Shown here: positions 1-12,739 of the stretch, piece by piece | Layout of the letters: the number at the start of each line of letters is the position of its first letter | Position numbering within the stretch: position 1 is the first letter of the stretch | DNA from: Microthyrium microscopicum | Lineage: Eukaryota | Assembly (NCBI GenBank): GCA_010405405.1 | Contig: MU004231.1 | Span: 1,042,153-1,106,152 of the forward strand | DNA: 64,000 bases | Direction: 5' to 3' | Program-made: the position numbers and the translations under genes | The notes under the pieces: generated by a model | What the model saw: only the letters and a program-made list of their open reading frames with translations | The model's database searches: none | Told to the model about the DNA's origin: nothing

Positions 1-3000
1 ATATTACTTTCTCTAAGCTTTATACAATACGCTAATACTATCTTAGAATCCTTTAATATAGAATACGTTAAAGCTATAGGCTGTATACTGTCTTCTTATA
101 AAGAGCTAGGAGATTAGTAAGCATAAGACGCTTAGAATATTTATAGTTACAAACAATTGCTTATTACTCTTTAAGTAGCTTCCAGCTCCTTAACTAGTAT
201 AAAATTAAGCAGACTAAGATCTTAAATAATACGTTGCTAACTACGAGGTAGCAAATCTAAGAGAACTTCAAAATGCTATACGTAGAACCGTATAGAAAAG
301 TTAGATTATAATATTTACTATAGTTCTAATTATATTATTAATACGAGAGAGGAATATTTAGAGGCTACTATACTAGATATATTACCCAAAGTAAGTAAGT
401 ACATCTGCCTTTCTAATGCTAGCTTCTACTAATAGTCTTTAATAATACTAATAGTAATATCCTAAATTAGTAGTTACTCTTGTTTGTAGAAGCCTACATA
501 TAACTAACATCCTACTAGCTTATGTTTATTTCTCTAAAAAAGTCCCTTAATAATTTCGCGAAATTAAAAGTAGCCTAAGGTTACATTAGTAGCTTCAATC
601 GGCTAATGCTTAATATTAATAAATAGATAAAGAGAGTGTGGATTTTTTACTATGTTCTTTAGCATTTAATTAATATAATAATAAGCAAGTAAGGCAAGCA
701 TTAACGCAGGATTTTAGTTGCTAAGTAGATGACACCTTATAACTACTTTATCCTCTAAAGGATTTTTTGAATCTTTAGGCGCAAAGAGCTATATACTTCT
801 TTAATTAAACCGCTACAGTCAACCTATAGTTGTTAACAATATACTATTAACCTAAAAGTACTTACTTATATCTTTAATAGTACTATACTCCCTTAAGTAT
901 TGTAAGACTAATGCGTTATTATTATTAAAGGTCGCAAGTCTCCGTACGATAGACTTAAGGTTATTATCTATTCTATCTAATAACTTTAACTAATATTCTA
1001 AGCGCTAACGTAGTTTAATTTTAGTACAGTTAAAGGAGAGAGTAGAATAGCGATTACAAATCTAATAAAGACTTAGTTAAGGTTAAACTAGATAGATAGC
1101 TATAGCTACCTTAAGTTTAAAGTTAGCTACTTACTTTACGCTCCTTAGAAAACCATCTAATAGAAATCTATGCTTTCTAACAGCTTACGCTTTGCTTATT
1201 TCCCGTTTCAAGAGGTCAGTAGTAAGCTAAGCTAGTAGTAGAACTAAATTTTTAATGCTTTTTAAGATAAATCCTTAAAAGGAAGAAGTTAGACTCTTAT
1301 CTTCGTCTCGCAATAAATTGCCAACCGAAATATAATAAAAATTGAATTCTTAAGCTAGCAAAGCGTACTACGTCCCTTTTCTAACACCCGACCCTCCTAA
1401 AGAGAAGTTAGCTAGATTAAAATAAAGATTAATAACTAATACTAGAGACGAAGACTATAATAATATTAGCCTGCCTTCTTAGTTTCAATTTATTATATTT
1501 CTATAAATAGGCGTCTAGTAAGGGCTTAAGTTCTAGTAGAGTAATCTTCTCTTTTAATAGTATAAAATTACTTATATCTTTACCTATTCGTTCTTTATAT
1601 ATTACGGCTTAGTATATACACTCTAGCTTGTCCATCTGCTTTGCTAAAAAAGCTACTCTAGTTTTCCCTTCCTTATATTCATTCCAAAGCTCTAATATTT
1701 AATTAGCGAATTTTGAATTTATAAGGCGAATAGTACACGTAAGGAATTTAAGAGCTATTGCTTTGCAAGTATATTTCTCTTCTATACTATATTAGATAAA
1801 ATACGTTAATAGTAATAGACAACTTACCTAGGCTAATCCCGTCTAAAGGAGCAATATCCCTAATTACGGCCTCTCCTATATCGTAAACTAGTGCTATATT
1901 AGAAGCCCTTGCGGTCGTTTTATCGTCAAACTACAAATATTAGTAAAAGAAAAGAACGTAGCACGCTATTACTAAACTCTAAGCGCTACTCGACAGGCAA
2001 TAGCTACGTAATGGCTATAGTCTACAACGCTCTTAAGATTAGGAATACTGCGAATAACCTATCCACGGCAACGAGTAGTCTTTAAAGGCTTAATTCTCTT
2101 AAAGAACAAGAAGTAGGATTCTACTATTATGTAGGCTAGAATTTAATAACGAGGAATAATTTAGAAGTTAGGAGTAGACAGAGTAGTACGGAGATTAAAT
2201 GTAAGAAGAGGAAATCTAAATAGTCTATATAGCAAAATACTAAGGCCCGTAGATTACTTAAAAACATTATATAAACTAATCTAACATCCCTGCGTGCTTT
2301 GTACAATTATTTTATATTAAACTTATTAACTTCTAACTTAATCTTCTACTTAAGCTCTAGCTTAATCTTTTTTCTAGATAGAAGCCTTTCTTAAGACGCC
2401 TATTTCTTAGGTATTATAGGGAGCGAAATATAGCTACTATTACTTAGTTGTATACGCTCTATAACTAGAGCTTCCGCATTAAGAGATATAAAAATTATCT
2501 CTAAAAAGAATAACGTAGTATTAACCTTGTAGTCTTCTATAGGCTCCTCGCTAAAGAGCTATAAAAGATTAAGTAGCTTGTAGAGTGCTTTAAGATTTTA
2601 CTCTAAGGTATTCTAGATAGACTCTTCAATTTTAGGGTTTAGTTACGTAATCACCAAACTAATGCTAATAAACCGTAGGGTTATCTCCTAATTAAAGCCT
2701 TTTAGCTTTACTCCTACGGGTCCTAGAAGTAGAAAAGTTAATTAATTTAAGATACATTTAATCTCCTTTAGAACGTAATATAGATAATATAGAAGTCCTA
2801 CTAATATAGTTTTTATAAAGCTTAGTCGTATAACTACTTCTAAAAATAGCTTATTCTCTTGTATAACTACTATCTTATGTACTAGTAAGTATTCCTACAT
2901 TCCGATTTATAGGCTCTACTCTTCTTCTATTCTTTCTATAATGCATTACAAAGGTCTAGTATTACTAATAACAAAATAGACGTTAAATTATAAAATAAGG

Positions 3001-4400
3001 ATGCCTAAGAGAAGTATATTCTAATAAAAGGTAAAGTAATAAGATATCTACTAATATTAACTAGTTGTTTTAAAGTATTTAATTATAATGTTTACTATAG
3101 TAAATAATTAATTTAAGACTTAATTGAGGAGTCGTAGCAGCTAGCTATTATTTAAATATCTACCTAGTTATATATCCTAAGTTACTCTAGTTATAAAGCT
3201 AGAAGTCTAGCGCGTAGGAGGAATAATCCTACCTATATTTATTATGTAGAAGCCTAGCCCTTACCTTTACGTTTAGGACGGCTAGTTCTTAGCTCTACTA
3301 ACTATATAGTTAGTAAGATACGAGATCCTCCACTTTTCTTAGTACTAGCTAGTCTAAAACAAGACTAGCTAACTGACTGCAGTTGGAAAGAAATATTCTT
3401 TAAAAGAAGACAATTTTAAGCCCTTTCTAATAGCTATATACGATTCATTCTAAATTAGAGATCGCCTAAGGTCTATTAGTTATACTACTCGTTGTCCTTT
3501 TCTCTACTATATTTTAGGTAATAGCTAGCCTTTCCCGCCTCTTTTACTAATATTAAATTCAATCTTTTAATAGTCTTATTCCTATTTCTACTATTAATAA
3601 TATATTTATACCTATAACTATTTATGTCTAGCTTCTATTCTACTACGACTACAAATTAATCTTATTTCTTTAGGTAAACCAACTCTCCTTTATTGTATAC
3701 TAACTCCTATAGGAGTAAGCTAAGCTTCCTAACATAGGTATAATATACCTACTAAAAGTTAAGTCTAGTACCTATCCTAAGTACTAGCCTACATGATTTC
3801 TAATAGTAAAGTTTATAAATTAATAGTTTAAGGGAAGTTAAGAATATATACTAGTATTATAAAGTTATAGGCTTAAGAATTACAATTCTCTTAAGATGGC
3901 TAAGAGCCTATTAAATTACGAAAATTAACTAATACAGTTCATCCTAAATATATAAATTATATAGGTACTATAGCAAGTAAGCACAAAAGTACTAGTAAAA
4001 GGCTACGTTTTGCTTCTCTTAAGCTTAATAAGATACAAAGCGTATAGAAGTATTAATAAGATTAATTCTATTCGCATCTATCTTTAGACGTAATTATATT
4101 ATATTCTTTCTTATTGAAATTTTAATTTACTTATAGCTAGTTCCTAACGCAATTCTCAGCAAGTACTAACTCTACGTTATAAAGATACCTTAGTAAGAGG
4201 GTGTCGCAGCGAAAGAGTTACTATTCAATCTAATAAAGACTTAAATATTCTAATTACAATATTAGCAAACTTAGTCCAGATCACTATAGAGGCTAATTCC
4301 CGCTACACGCTTTATATAAATAACTATAAAGCGAATAAGGTTATAAAGCAAACAGCGCTATACGGGTATATCTTCTACTTTAATTACGTTAATAGAGTTA
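1..4400. other. Heavily RIP-mutated AT-rich region containing unidentifiable gene relics
   Basis: Strong TpA excess and CpA/TpG depletion by eye, no ORF of 60 aa or more in the track, residual intron-like signals (gtaagt near 391). Confidence 0.75.
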
Positions 4401-4695
4401 GTCTTCTTTAAATTTAAACCTAGAATAAGCCGAACTAATATAAGAATAGTAGTACAACGAGTCGAAAGAGTTATATCCTCTCTATCGCGGAAACATTATT
4501 ATTAGGTTACCTCCAACGGCAAACACTTAAAACAATGCTTGTCTCACTCTCTCTCTCTCTCCAAATCACCCTATAGATTTTCCATACCCAAATCACATAG
4601 TACGCATCGAGACCAATAGCAAACCTACTCACGCCTTTATCGAAAGACAGTTCGCGACGCCGCCATTCGCCTTCCTCCCTACCCAGGATCTCTGA
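4295..4695 (+). pseudogene. RING-H2 (C3H2C3) finger protein, RIP-inactivated (copy 1)
   Basis: Reads NSRYTLY...ALYGYIFYFNYVNR|intron|*YNESKELYPLYRG. Reversing RIP changes gives CxxC...CGHIFHxxCxxxW...CPLCR. Start not resolved. Confidence 0.6.
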
Positions 4696-4808
4696 CCGTT
4701 CATTCTCATGGCCAGGAACAAGGATAACTGTGGATATCGAGTGCCAAGCTAAGAGGTACCAAAGAGGTGGTACCTCTAGCTTTCCAGCGACGGAGGTCAA
4801 AATCGTCT

Positions 4809-5297
4809 CTATCTGCGCACCTCGCTTTTTTTGACAGAGCATCTCCTGAGAGCAGATCCCGAAGCAATCCTACTCCTCCTTATTCTGAGCAGATCGTTCT
4901 GTATGATTTCCAAGGATCGAAGATATCTTTGTACTTCGTTGAGTGCTGTCCTTAATCGTTGTGAGCTTTTTTCAGGATTGCTCGGATCTTGGAATCTCTG
5001 TACAGCCAGTTGGGCTTTTTCGGATTGAAGGTTCGCTCTGAGCAGAAAGCCATCCACTCTCTTTTGCTGTTTTCTGTTGATTTTGTTCTCCTGGAGCTTG
5101 AATGAAACCTTGATTCTTTTCGAGGGCTGTACGGTCTTTTGCCGAATGTCTTCATATCGCTTCATATTCAAAGCAAGAGACATGTCACGCAGAGCGGCTG
5201 TACCCGTTTGTTTGAAATGTATGCGTGAACTGATATGGCCAGTCCCATAGCAATGAATGAAAGCCTTCTCGCTTAAAACCTTTAGCGTACGCTGCAC
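4809..5297 (-). CDS. Hypothetical basic/coiled-coil protein
   Basis: 162-aa ORF with heptad-like C-terminus (LRTALNEVQRYLRSLEIIQNDLL); start uncertain. Confidence 0.4.
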   Translation of the reverse strand: MQRTLKVLSEKAFIHCYGTGHISSRIHFKQTGTAALRDMSLALNMKRYEDIRQKTVQPSKRIKVSFKLQENKINRKQQKRVDGFLLRANLQSEKAQLAVQRFQDPSNPEKSSQRLRTALNEVQRYLRSLEIIQNDLLRIRRSRIASGSALRRCSVKKSEVRR

Positions 5298-5567
5298 ACC
5301 GTTCTCGGTTCATTGGTCTTCCTGGCTGTGTAAAGGAGGGTAACCTTCATCAAATGGTGGGGTCGTCGGTGGCTTGCAGGAAAGCTGCACAACATTCCGA
5401 ATGCTGCCCCGATGACCTATGGGATGCATACTTCTCAAACAAGCAACGATCAAATCATTTAAATCATAAATACGTGCGTTGAATATTTCCTCATAGCTTC
5501 AATTGAGAAGCGGTCCGCACCGTAATCTGGAACAGTCTTCCCTACAAACCACAGAGTATCACATGAC

Positions 5568-6221
5568 ATGGAGCGAGACAACCCCCTCTGCGGCATGTAT
5601 GCACTTACAGCTCTAAGACTTTGTCAGATGGGATGCATCGGCCCGCACCTGCCATTCAACAGCACTGTCGTCAAGAATCTAATTTGCCTGAATCTAGTGT
5701 CATTAGATATCGGAGCCTTCGAGAACAAATTTTTGCTGGTCTTGGCCAACTGTATTGAAATTGTTCACCCTCACAACCAATCCGTCTGGGTCATCTGCGA
5801 GGCAGCTGGGCAATTCATGCGGCAACTGAATGATCCAAAAATGCGAAAAAGCGTTTATGAGATCATCACTCATGATCATTTGGCGAGAGACAAAGATAAA
5901 CTGGAAAAGGTTGAAGTGGAATATGTGACCGAAGATGAATACATCATGGAGGATGAGGACATGGACGAAGATGAGAATAAGAGTGAAAGAAGGGATGAAA
6001 AGCGAGAGCTGATCGACAATATTATAGTGCGCATTCCTAAATCGAGTCAAGAGGATACTAACACGTTCAAGGCAAATTTAGACCAAAACTTCTCCTGTCT
6101 CATATCGCACGGACAACGATTTCTGGAGAACGCTGGAGTCAACTGGCAGAACTCGACAATGGTACTCCCATGGCAGTTAGAAGCAGAGCAGAAAGTAGAT
6201 ATGAAGGGCGAGGACGGGTAA
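5568..6221 (+). CDS. Hypothetical protein with acidic tract
   Basis: Intact 217-aa ATG ORF in non-RIP sequence, containing EDEYIMEDEDMDEDE. Confidence 0.6.
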   Translation: MERDNPLCGMYALTALRLCQMGCIGPHLPFNSTVVKNLICLNLVSLDIGAFENKFLLVLANCIEIVHPHNQSVWVICEAAGQFMRQLNDPKMRKSVYEIITHDHLARDKDKLEKVEVEYVTEDEYIMEDEDMDEDENKSERRDEKRELIDNIIVRIPKSSQEDTNTFKANLDQNFSCLISHGQRFLENAGVNWQNSTMVLPWQLEAEQKVDMKGEDG

Positions 6222-7714
6222 AAGTAGGACAGGCGCGAGATTCTTGTTCCATTCCAAATACACCTTGATCTAAGTCATCCCCGCCTTGCTTTCTGCGTTC
6301 AAGTCTGCACAGTGAAAGCCCCTCTGTAGGATGACCTCGTGGTGAAAGGATCACGGGTACAAACATGTGAGCAGATCTTTTACAATACCTCTATCTAGCT
6401 TATTGGCTGGTCTGCTTCCTATGATCAAAATGACCTGACGGCAGACGGATCGGAAGGTTTCATTCGATTACTTCCTTATCTTCAATTCTCGAAGAACTTT
6501 CTTAGCGAATCCACTGCTACTTTCGTCCCCTCCACATCAATGCTCTCTTCTTTAAACAATAAAAAGCGATTGAGATATCTACACAACACCTCCAAGTTAT
6601 AATCAGTCCAGAGCGAGTCCTAAACTAGGTATAGCGAAATTCCGAGCCCAAAAGTACTATAGATAAGTAATACATTCTACTTCCAGCTCATTTTATCAAG
6701 TTTTCGTCCTTATAGGCCGTATCTAGTCTATTAATTAGGGTTCAACATGCCGTCAAAGTTCTTTAAGATATATTACAAATAATCTTAAAGATTTATAAAG
6801 TCTTTTTATTCGAATCCAAGCTGTTTAATAATATAATACTACAGATGAGCGCTCTCTAGTATAATTTTAATACATCCAAGCCCTATAGCGTACGCTCTAA
6901 CTCTAATTTACAAAATCCATTCGCCTTTGTCCCGACCTAGGATCTCTAACAGTATCTTCTTATTAATAGCTATATCTAATATTAAAAGCAAGACACTTAA
7001 TAGCAATAAGTTCTAGCAAAGTTTAATATTAGAGGCCTAGAAGAATTAGCTATCGTTCTACACTTTGTCTAGACAATTGAACTATAGCTTAATATAGAAT
7101 ATTAGTAAGATAGAATAATTCGTATTAGGAAGTGGCAAGAATATCTAGCACTTATAAGCATCTTAAGTGGCGGCCAAAGCTACGCAATAAATAAAACAAG
7201 GGTTCTACATATATATATATATATACATGCAGCCTAGGCTGATTTCATTATTTAATTGCATCCTTATAATGTAGCTGAAATCAATATTTAAAGGCTAAGC
7301 TAAAGATATAGGAAATACAAGTGCACTAACGTCGTCGTTTTCTCTTTTCCTTTGGTCCACCTAAGTTGACGCCCTCCTTACCTTAATTCTATTCCTTAAC
7401 TTTCATTTGCGAATTTTCAACCCAGTGAAGCAGGCACTCAACTACGATCCAAAAGGAGCGTACATTAAGCAATAGATACCCAAACTGCGTAATCTAGCAA
7501 TTTTAGATCTAGAAGGGAACGTAGATGCGTAGATACTACTAAAACTATATTAGCCCTATAACTTAAATACAACTAAGAGGAAGGCGATACACTTAGATAA
7601 GGCAGATTTTGTAGTTAACCTACTTATAAAGATTAAATTTTCAATTAATATAAAGCTAAGGACGAACAGCCATAGAAATAGAGTACAAGGGCGTAGTAGA
7701 TAGAGATCTACAAG

Positions 7715-8223
7715 AAGCTGGAGAGAAGCAGATACCACTGGTGTAAATGACTCGGAGAGAGGAAGGTAAGGGGGAGGGCAAGGGCGAGGACGAAGAGGAA
7801 GAATAGTTAAGGAAAATGTAACGGAAATGTCAAACGCTCGCCAGAGTAGTGATGAGGTAAGAACAACGGGAAATGAAGCACAAGATGGTGGGCCTCAACA
7901 AGAGGTAGGGAGTCCTAAAGTACTGCAAACTGGATTAGCAATAAAGAGGGCGACATCACGGCTAGCCAGCGCCGAATTCTAATCTCTCTCTTTATCGCAA
8001 CTTCGTATGCCAAGAGTGTCATCTAGTTATTTAAAGAATCCTATATAATCACCTCATGCATAATCCAAAGGCGAACTCTTCATTTCATAATTTATCGAAG
8101 TGTTCAGATAATCTCCTAGTTATTAAAGTTAGAAATAGGCCAATTAAAGCTCTGAGACGTTACCAAGTAAAGAGTTTGAAATCTTTTACGCCCCTCCTCA
8201 TTACCTATATACCTTAAGCGCTT
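7715..8223. repeat. Diverged direct duplicate of ~8986-9600, including the 3' end of the SET-JmjC gene
   Basis: Shared blocks in the same order: aagctggagagaagcagatacc; gtactgcaaactg...tcacggct/c..ccagcgccg; gataatctcctagt...gagacgttacc...tcttttacg...aagcgctt. Confidence 0.75.
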
Positions 8224-8492
8224 GCAAGTACCCTTCATCACGCTGCGCTACTAGCAATCCAAGGTGCGTGGCTGCTCGCTCATCATTTAATTCGGACACC
8301 TGAACCTCTGTTGTTACGACACATAGGCTTATCAGCAAGCAAGGCTCAGCCAGCCGACAATGGTAGGAAGCATAGCCCACTACAAGCCACCAATTACAAT
8401 TAAGGCTAGGTAGGTCGTGAAGACTTAAGAGAACCAGGTCGGCATAAATTATCTATACTCAAAAACATTCTCCTTCATCTTAAGATTCTCCT

Positions 8493-8882
8493 ATGTCTAG
8501 TCGTCGATCTTCCCAACAAGCACCTACTCTGCTCCGTAAAAGCACCTCTATAAGACAACCTCGTGGTGAAAAACTCACTATTTAAGTTAGTGAGAGTTCG
8601 GAAAACCTAGTCGCCGTATCAACAAGTTCATCCCAAATTCCAGTGGACGCCAACTCCCGCTATAGAGTTTATTTTAAGCACTACCAAGAGAGTGAGGAGG
8701 TATAACAGGCACAGCCATGTAAATATATATTCCACTTTGCGTACATCGAAAAGGCGAGTATTCCATGCTTCAGGTTTAGACTAAGCTAATACAAGAAGTA
8801 GTAGTACAAAGAGTCCAAAGAGTCTTGTCCTTTATATCGCGGGAATATCGCCATAGGGCTACCCCCAACGGCAAGCACTTAA
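8493..8882 (+). pseudogene. RING-H2 finger protein, RIP-inactivated (copy 2)
   Basis: NSRYRVYFKHYQESEEV*QAQPCKYIFHFAYIEK|intron|..KESKESCPLYRGNIAIGLPPTAST; clear nucleotide similarity to 4455-4535. 3' end uncertain. Confidence 0.65.
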
Positions 8883-9435
8883 AAGGGAGGGCGCAGGTTT
8901 TATGGTATACCCGCTTTGAAGATCCGATTGATGGAAAGCCAAGGAGGAACTACCAAAGAGGCGTGGTGGATAGAGCTCTGGAAAAAGCTGGAGAGAAGCA
9001 GATACCGCTAGTGTGAATGACTCAGGAAAAGGGGTACGAGAACGAGAACGAGAGCAAGTAAGAGGAGGAAGAGAAAGAAGAAGAAGAATAGCTAAGGATA
9101 GTAGTCGAACGCTCGTGAGAGAAGCGGCGAGAACAGCAGGAAGTGAAGTGTAGAGAGTGCTGAAGTACTGCAAACTGAGTTGGCGATAAGGAGCGTGACT
9201 TCACGGCCTGCCAGCGCCGGATTCTGGGCTTGTCGTGAAATCGTATGTCGATAATTGATCTGATTAGTCATTTGGAGAATTCTTTGCAGTCGACCTTAAG
9301 GTGCCTTCCTGTTCGTTAGTGAGATGAGCAGTTGTATCTTGGAAGAGGGTAAAGCGATGAATTTGGGAAGTCCGATTTCAAAGTGCTGTGAAACCATTGT
9401 AGCGTCTAATGAGGCCCCCTTTTTTCTCCGTTGAC

Positions 9436-11703
9436 TCATGCACGATCTGAACACGAAGGCTCCAGGATTCGTTCAAGTCTTCGGATAATCTCCTAGTCAT
9501 TAAGTCAGCAATGGGCCAGTCTGAAGCTCGGAGACGTTACCGAGCAATGAGTCTAAATTCTTTTACGGCCTTCTTCACCGCCTAGATACTCCAAGCGCTT
9601 AAGACTACTTTCGTTCTCAACTATATTTGCAATTTCTGTCCAGAGGAGGAGATCGGAATTAGTCACATCCTCGTTCGTAATTTCAGGATGTTTGAGCTGG
9701 TTAAGCATCACCTGAGCGGAATTGTGTAGCCCAGACCAACGGAAATTAAAGCCTAAAAAGGCTACCATATGTGGCTCTGATACCAAGCGGAAAACGAAGT
9801 GGATAGTCCCAGCGTAAAAGAAGACTATCTCACTTCGATTAAGAACGCGGAACCAAGCCTAGGAAGGACAGATCTGTCGTGATAGATGCCAAGCTTTGCG
9901 GTCATCATCACTTAGATCTGAGAACCAGCCATATCCAATGCGGCTGCGTTGGCAAGTGATGAAAGTGTCTTTTCCTCCCCAGTCTTCATGGGGCGGACTG
10001 AGGGCGCCGCTTTGCCCAACTAGTGCCCAATGCCTTCCGTCGGTCACACGTGTCCGACCTGCTTTGCCTTCAGAGGCGCATCGGTGGAGAGCGCGGTGAT
10101 ACACCCGAGAATTAACACCACGCAGAAATTCCGGATCGGACGACGGGATGGGATTCGCGAGCTCCAACGCGTTCAAATATTCAGTACCCTCACACCTGAA
10201 TCGTTCATAAAGCTGGCCTATGGTCATGCGGCTTGCAGTTTCGTCCGCGTTCGTTCGTAATTTCAGAGGAGTTTGGACGTCCACTGTCCATTTCATCTGG
10301 TCTGGCGAATATTCCTCGAAAAATGCCGTGAGAGGATCCGAAGCTGTCCAATTCACTAGATTTGGCGTGCTGACAAAGATCGGACCGTTGATGGGGGCAC
10401 CACTTTCGATGAGCTCTTTTGCGTCCTCTTCTGAGAGCATATGTGCCTCATCCTGGCTCGGAGGTCTCATGCTTTTGAAGAAGTCTTTCATGACCCTGTA
10501 GTCGTAACAGAGCTGGGATTCCGGGGATTGCTCCTTCAGAATACGGTCCGTCTGCTTTATGATCGCCTTTTGGAACACCTGCTCTTCTCGCAGTCGGCCG
10601 CTTCTCAGGTCTTTGCATCCTTTTGAACTCAAAGCGGGTGAGCTAGGCTGAGTACTCCCTGTACGAAGAGGCCAGAACCGGCGCAGATGCCTCACGTTGA
10701 TCGTACCAGTGGGCTTGCAGGTCGCACAAGAACAGTTCTCGTTACCTCTACCAAAAAAATCAGCAGAGTAGTACACTGTTATCTCTTCGCCTTCTTCAAC
10801 GTTTCGAACTGTAGTGAAAACGGTGTGGTCGCCCTTTGCTTCCAGCTTCGAGTTGGGCTTGCAGTCGTGGTCGACAAAACGAGCAGGTCCAGCAGTGATG
10901 TAGCGCTTCCCACATGCTCCGTCTATGCGACCCAGGCTACTGTAGGTTCCCTTAGTTGCATTGGTGACTGTCGCGTTGGCTCCCTTGAGATATTTGACTT
11001 GGGTGCCTTTCTCCATCGTCTTCTTTGCCACTACACACCATTCTTCGTGTTGCGAATATTGTTGAGTTGTTGCCAATTCGAAGGGACAGTCTGACGACAG
11101 CATATCGCAGTATAAAGCGAGTTGCATGCGGAGATCGTGCAGGTCAGGAGAGTCGAGCCCAAGGGGAGTTCGAATACTGGTTATGAGCGACGAGAGAGCG
11201 GCGACGACTTGTTCATCGTGCGCCTCGCCGGAGAAGAGAGAAATCCTGACAACGGTTGTCGCTTGGAATGTTTGATTGTACTTTGTGACCTTGCAAATGT
11301 CATCGAGCAGTATGTCCGTCACACAATCATCGGCAAGTAGAAGGTCGTCCAGTTCTGCCCCTCTTCTCACTCCCTGCGCTTCGCCATGGACATCACCGCC
11401 GTTCGTTGGTTGCTCCAAGCTCTTCCATGACCTATCAAGAGTCCCAGACGCTTTCAGCCTCCGACCTCGTCGTCGTCGCGGAACCTTACTGCACGATCCA
11501 TCCGCTTTGTATGTGCCCTGCGACGTAATTCCTGACGTGGAGCGCAACTGGCGGATTGGAATAACTTCAGTATCTTTTGTGACACGTCCAGTCTGCGTTC
11601 GTTGTTGTAGACTCTTAGTGTTGGATGTGTCATTGGTGTGTCGATTATCTGAAGCCGGTCGAAGTGGTGAGAAAAGAGCGATGACTAGATCAGAAATGAC
11701 CAC
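9436..11703 (-). pseudogene. SET-domain (Set9/KMT5-like) plus JmjC-domain fusion protein with two RIP-type TAG stops
   Basis: SET: GPARFVDHDCKPN...GEEITVYY...FFG..NENCSCATC. JmjC: SPPHEDWGG (HxD) and, in frame after the TAG at 9859, YAGTIHFVFR (distal His). Final intron GTAACG...GCTGAC...TAG, then EIIRRLERIL...*. True start uncertain. Confidence 0.75.
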
Positions 11704-11907
11704 AAAGCCTTCATGATCGAAATCATAGCCGGAAAGTTCGCTAAAACGAAGTCGAAGTCAAAGTTAAATTTGCTACTTCCACACCACCCAATTAAAGTCA
11801 GCTTCACCAAGCCATTCCCTCAAGTATTCAACGTGCTGCGTGGAAAAGGTGACGGGGGTTAACCTGTCGCAACTGGCTTTCCGCCATGGACCTATCGCGG
11901 TGATCAT

Positions 11908-12280
11908 TTAGTTCAGCTTGATGCAAGCCTTCTGCCAATCTAGCTCAGCCTTGCATGCTTTATTCGCATATCGAAGCAAATTGTAGCTCCCAGTGGCAAG
12001 GCCCAGACGAGTGACAACCGTTTCACCCCAGGCCTTCAAAACATTATGGTAGGGTGTGATACGATACTTGTACGCCTGGGTGGACCTCTTTTGGAGCTCA
12101 GAAAATTCGGACGGTAGTAGGACAGCGTCCTCCTTGTCGCAATGCTTCCCAATAAGCTGGAGAAGAAGATATGCCTTCAGATCCATCTAAAAGCTTTCTT
12201 CGAGTATGTGGGAGCATTCAATCTTGGCCAGCTCTTTTTTTACTTCAGCACTCTAGCATGAAGCGAAGGCGCTCTCCATC
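11908..12280 (-). pseudogene. Hypothetical protein, probably frameshifted and stop-disrupted
   Basis: 92-aa ORF preceded in frame by KELAKIECSHILEESF* and an apparent slip in an A-run. Confidence 0.35.
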
Positions 12281-12739
12281 CGCTGAAACTCGGGGCCGCA
12301 CACATCGTCAAGTGGCAGTGGAGGTGTTAGTGTCGCCATGGCGGAGAGGAGAACATCGGTTGGGGCAGTGGTTAGCCCGCACACGTGGGCAAACCGCGGG
12401 AAACGTGTTCGTCGTCGTCGTCGTCGCCGCTAAGGTTGTCGAAGTTGTCGAAGTTGTTGAGGTCGTTGAGGTCGCTCGAACGCGATTGAAGAAAGTGAAA
12501 CGCTTCCGGACGCGTTCACAAAGAATGACGGAGCGCGAGCGCACGGGCCACACAAGACAGTTTTGTGTGGTCCGTGCGCTCGTGGAACTCTGAGAGGCAG
12601 AGTCTGACCGACATGGGCAATCTGAGCACGATATAATGTTAGGCTACAAAGCTATGAGATCATACTGATTTTTAGGGGAGTTGTCCAGTTCACGTGCAGC
12701 GGAAAGTATATTAAAACAAGTAGCAGTCAGTCTTAATTG

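Noticed and set aside
7208..7226. (AT)n microsatellite
   Set aside because: Short and ordinary in RIP-affected DNA.
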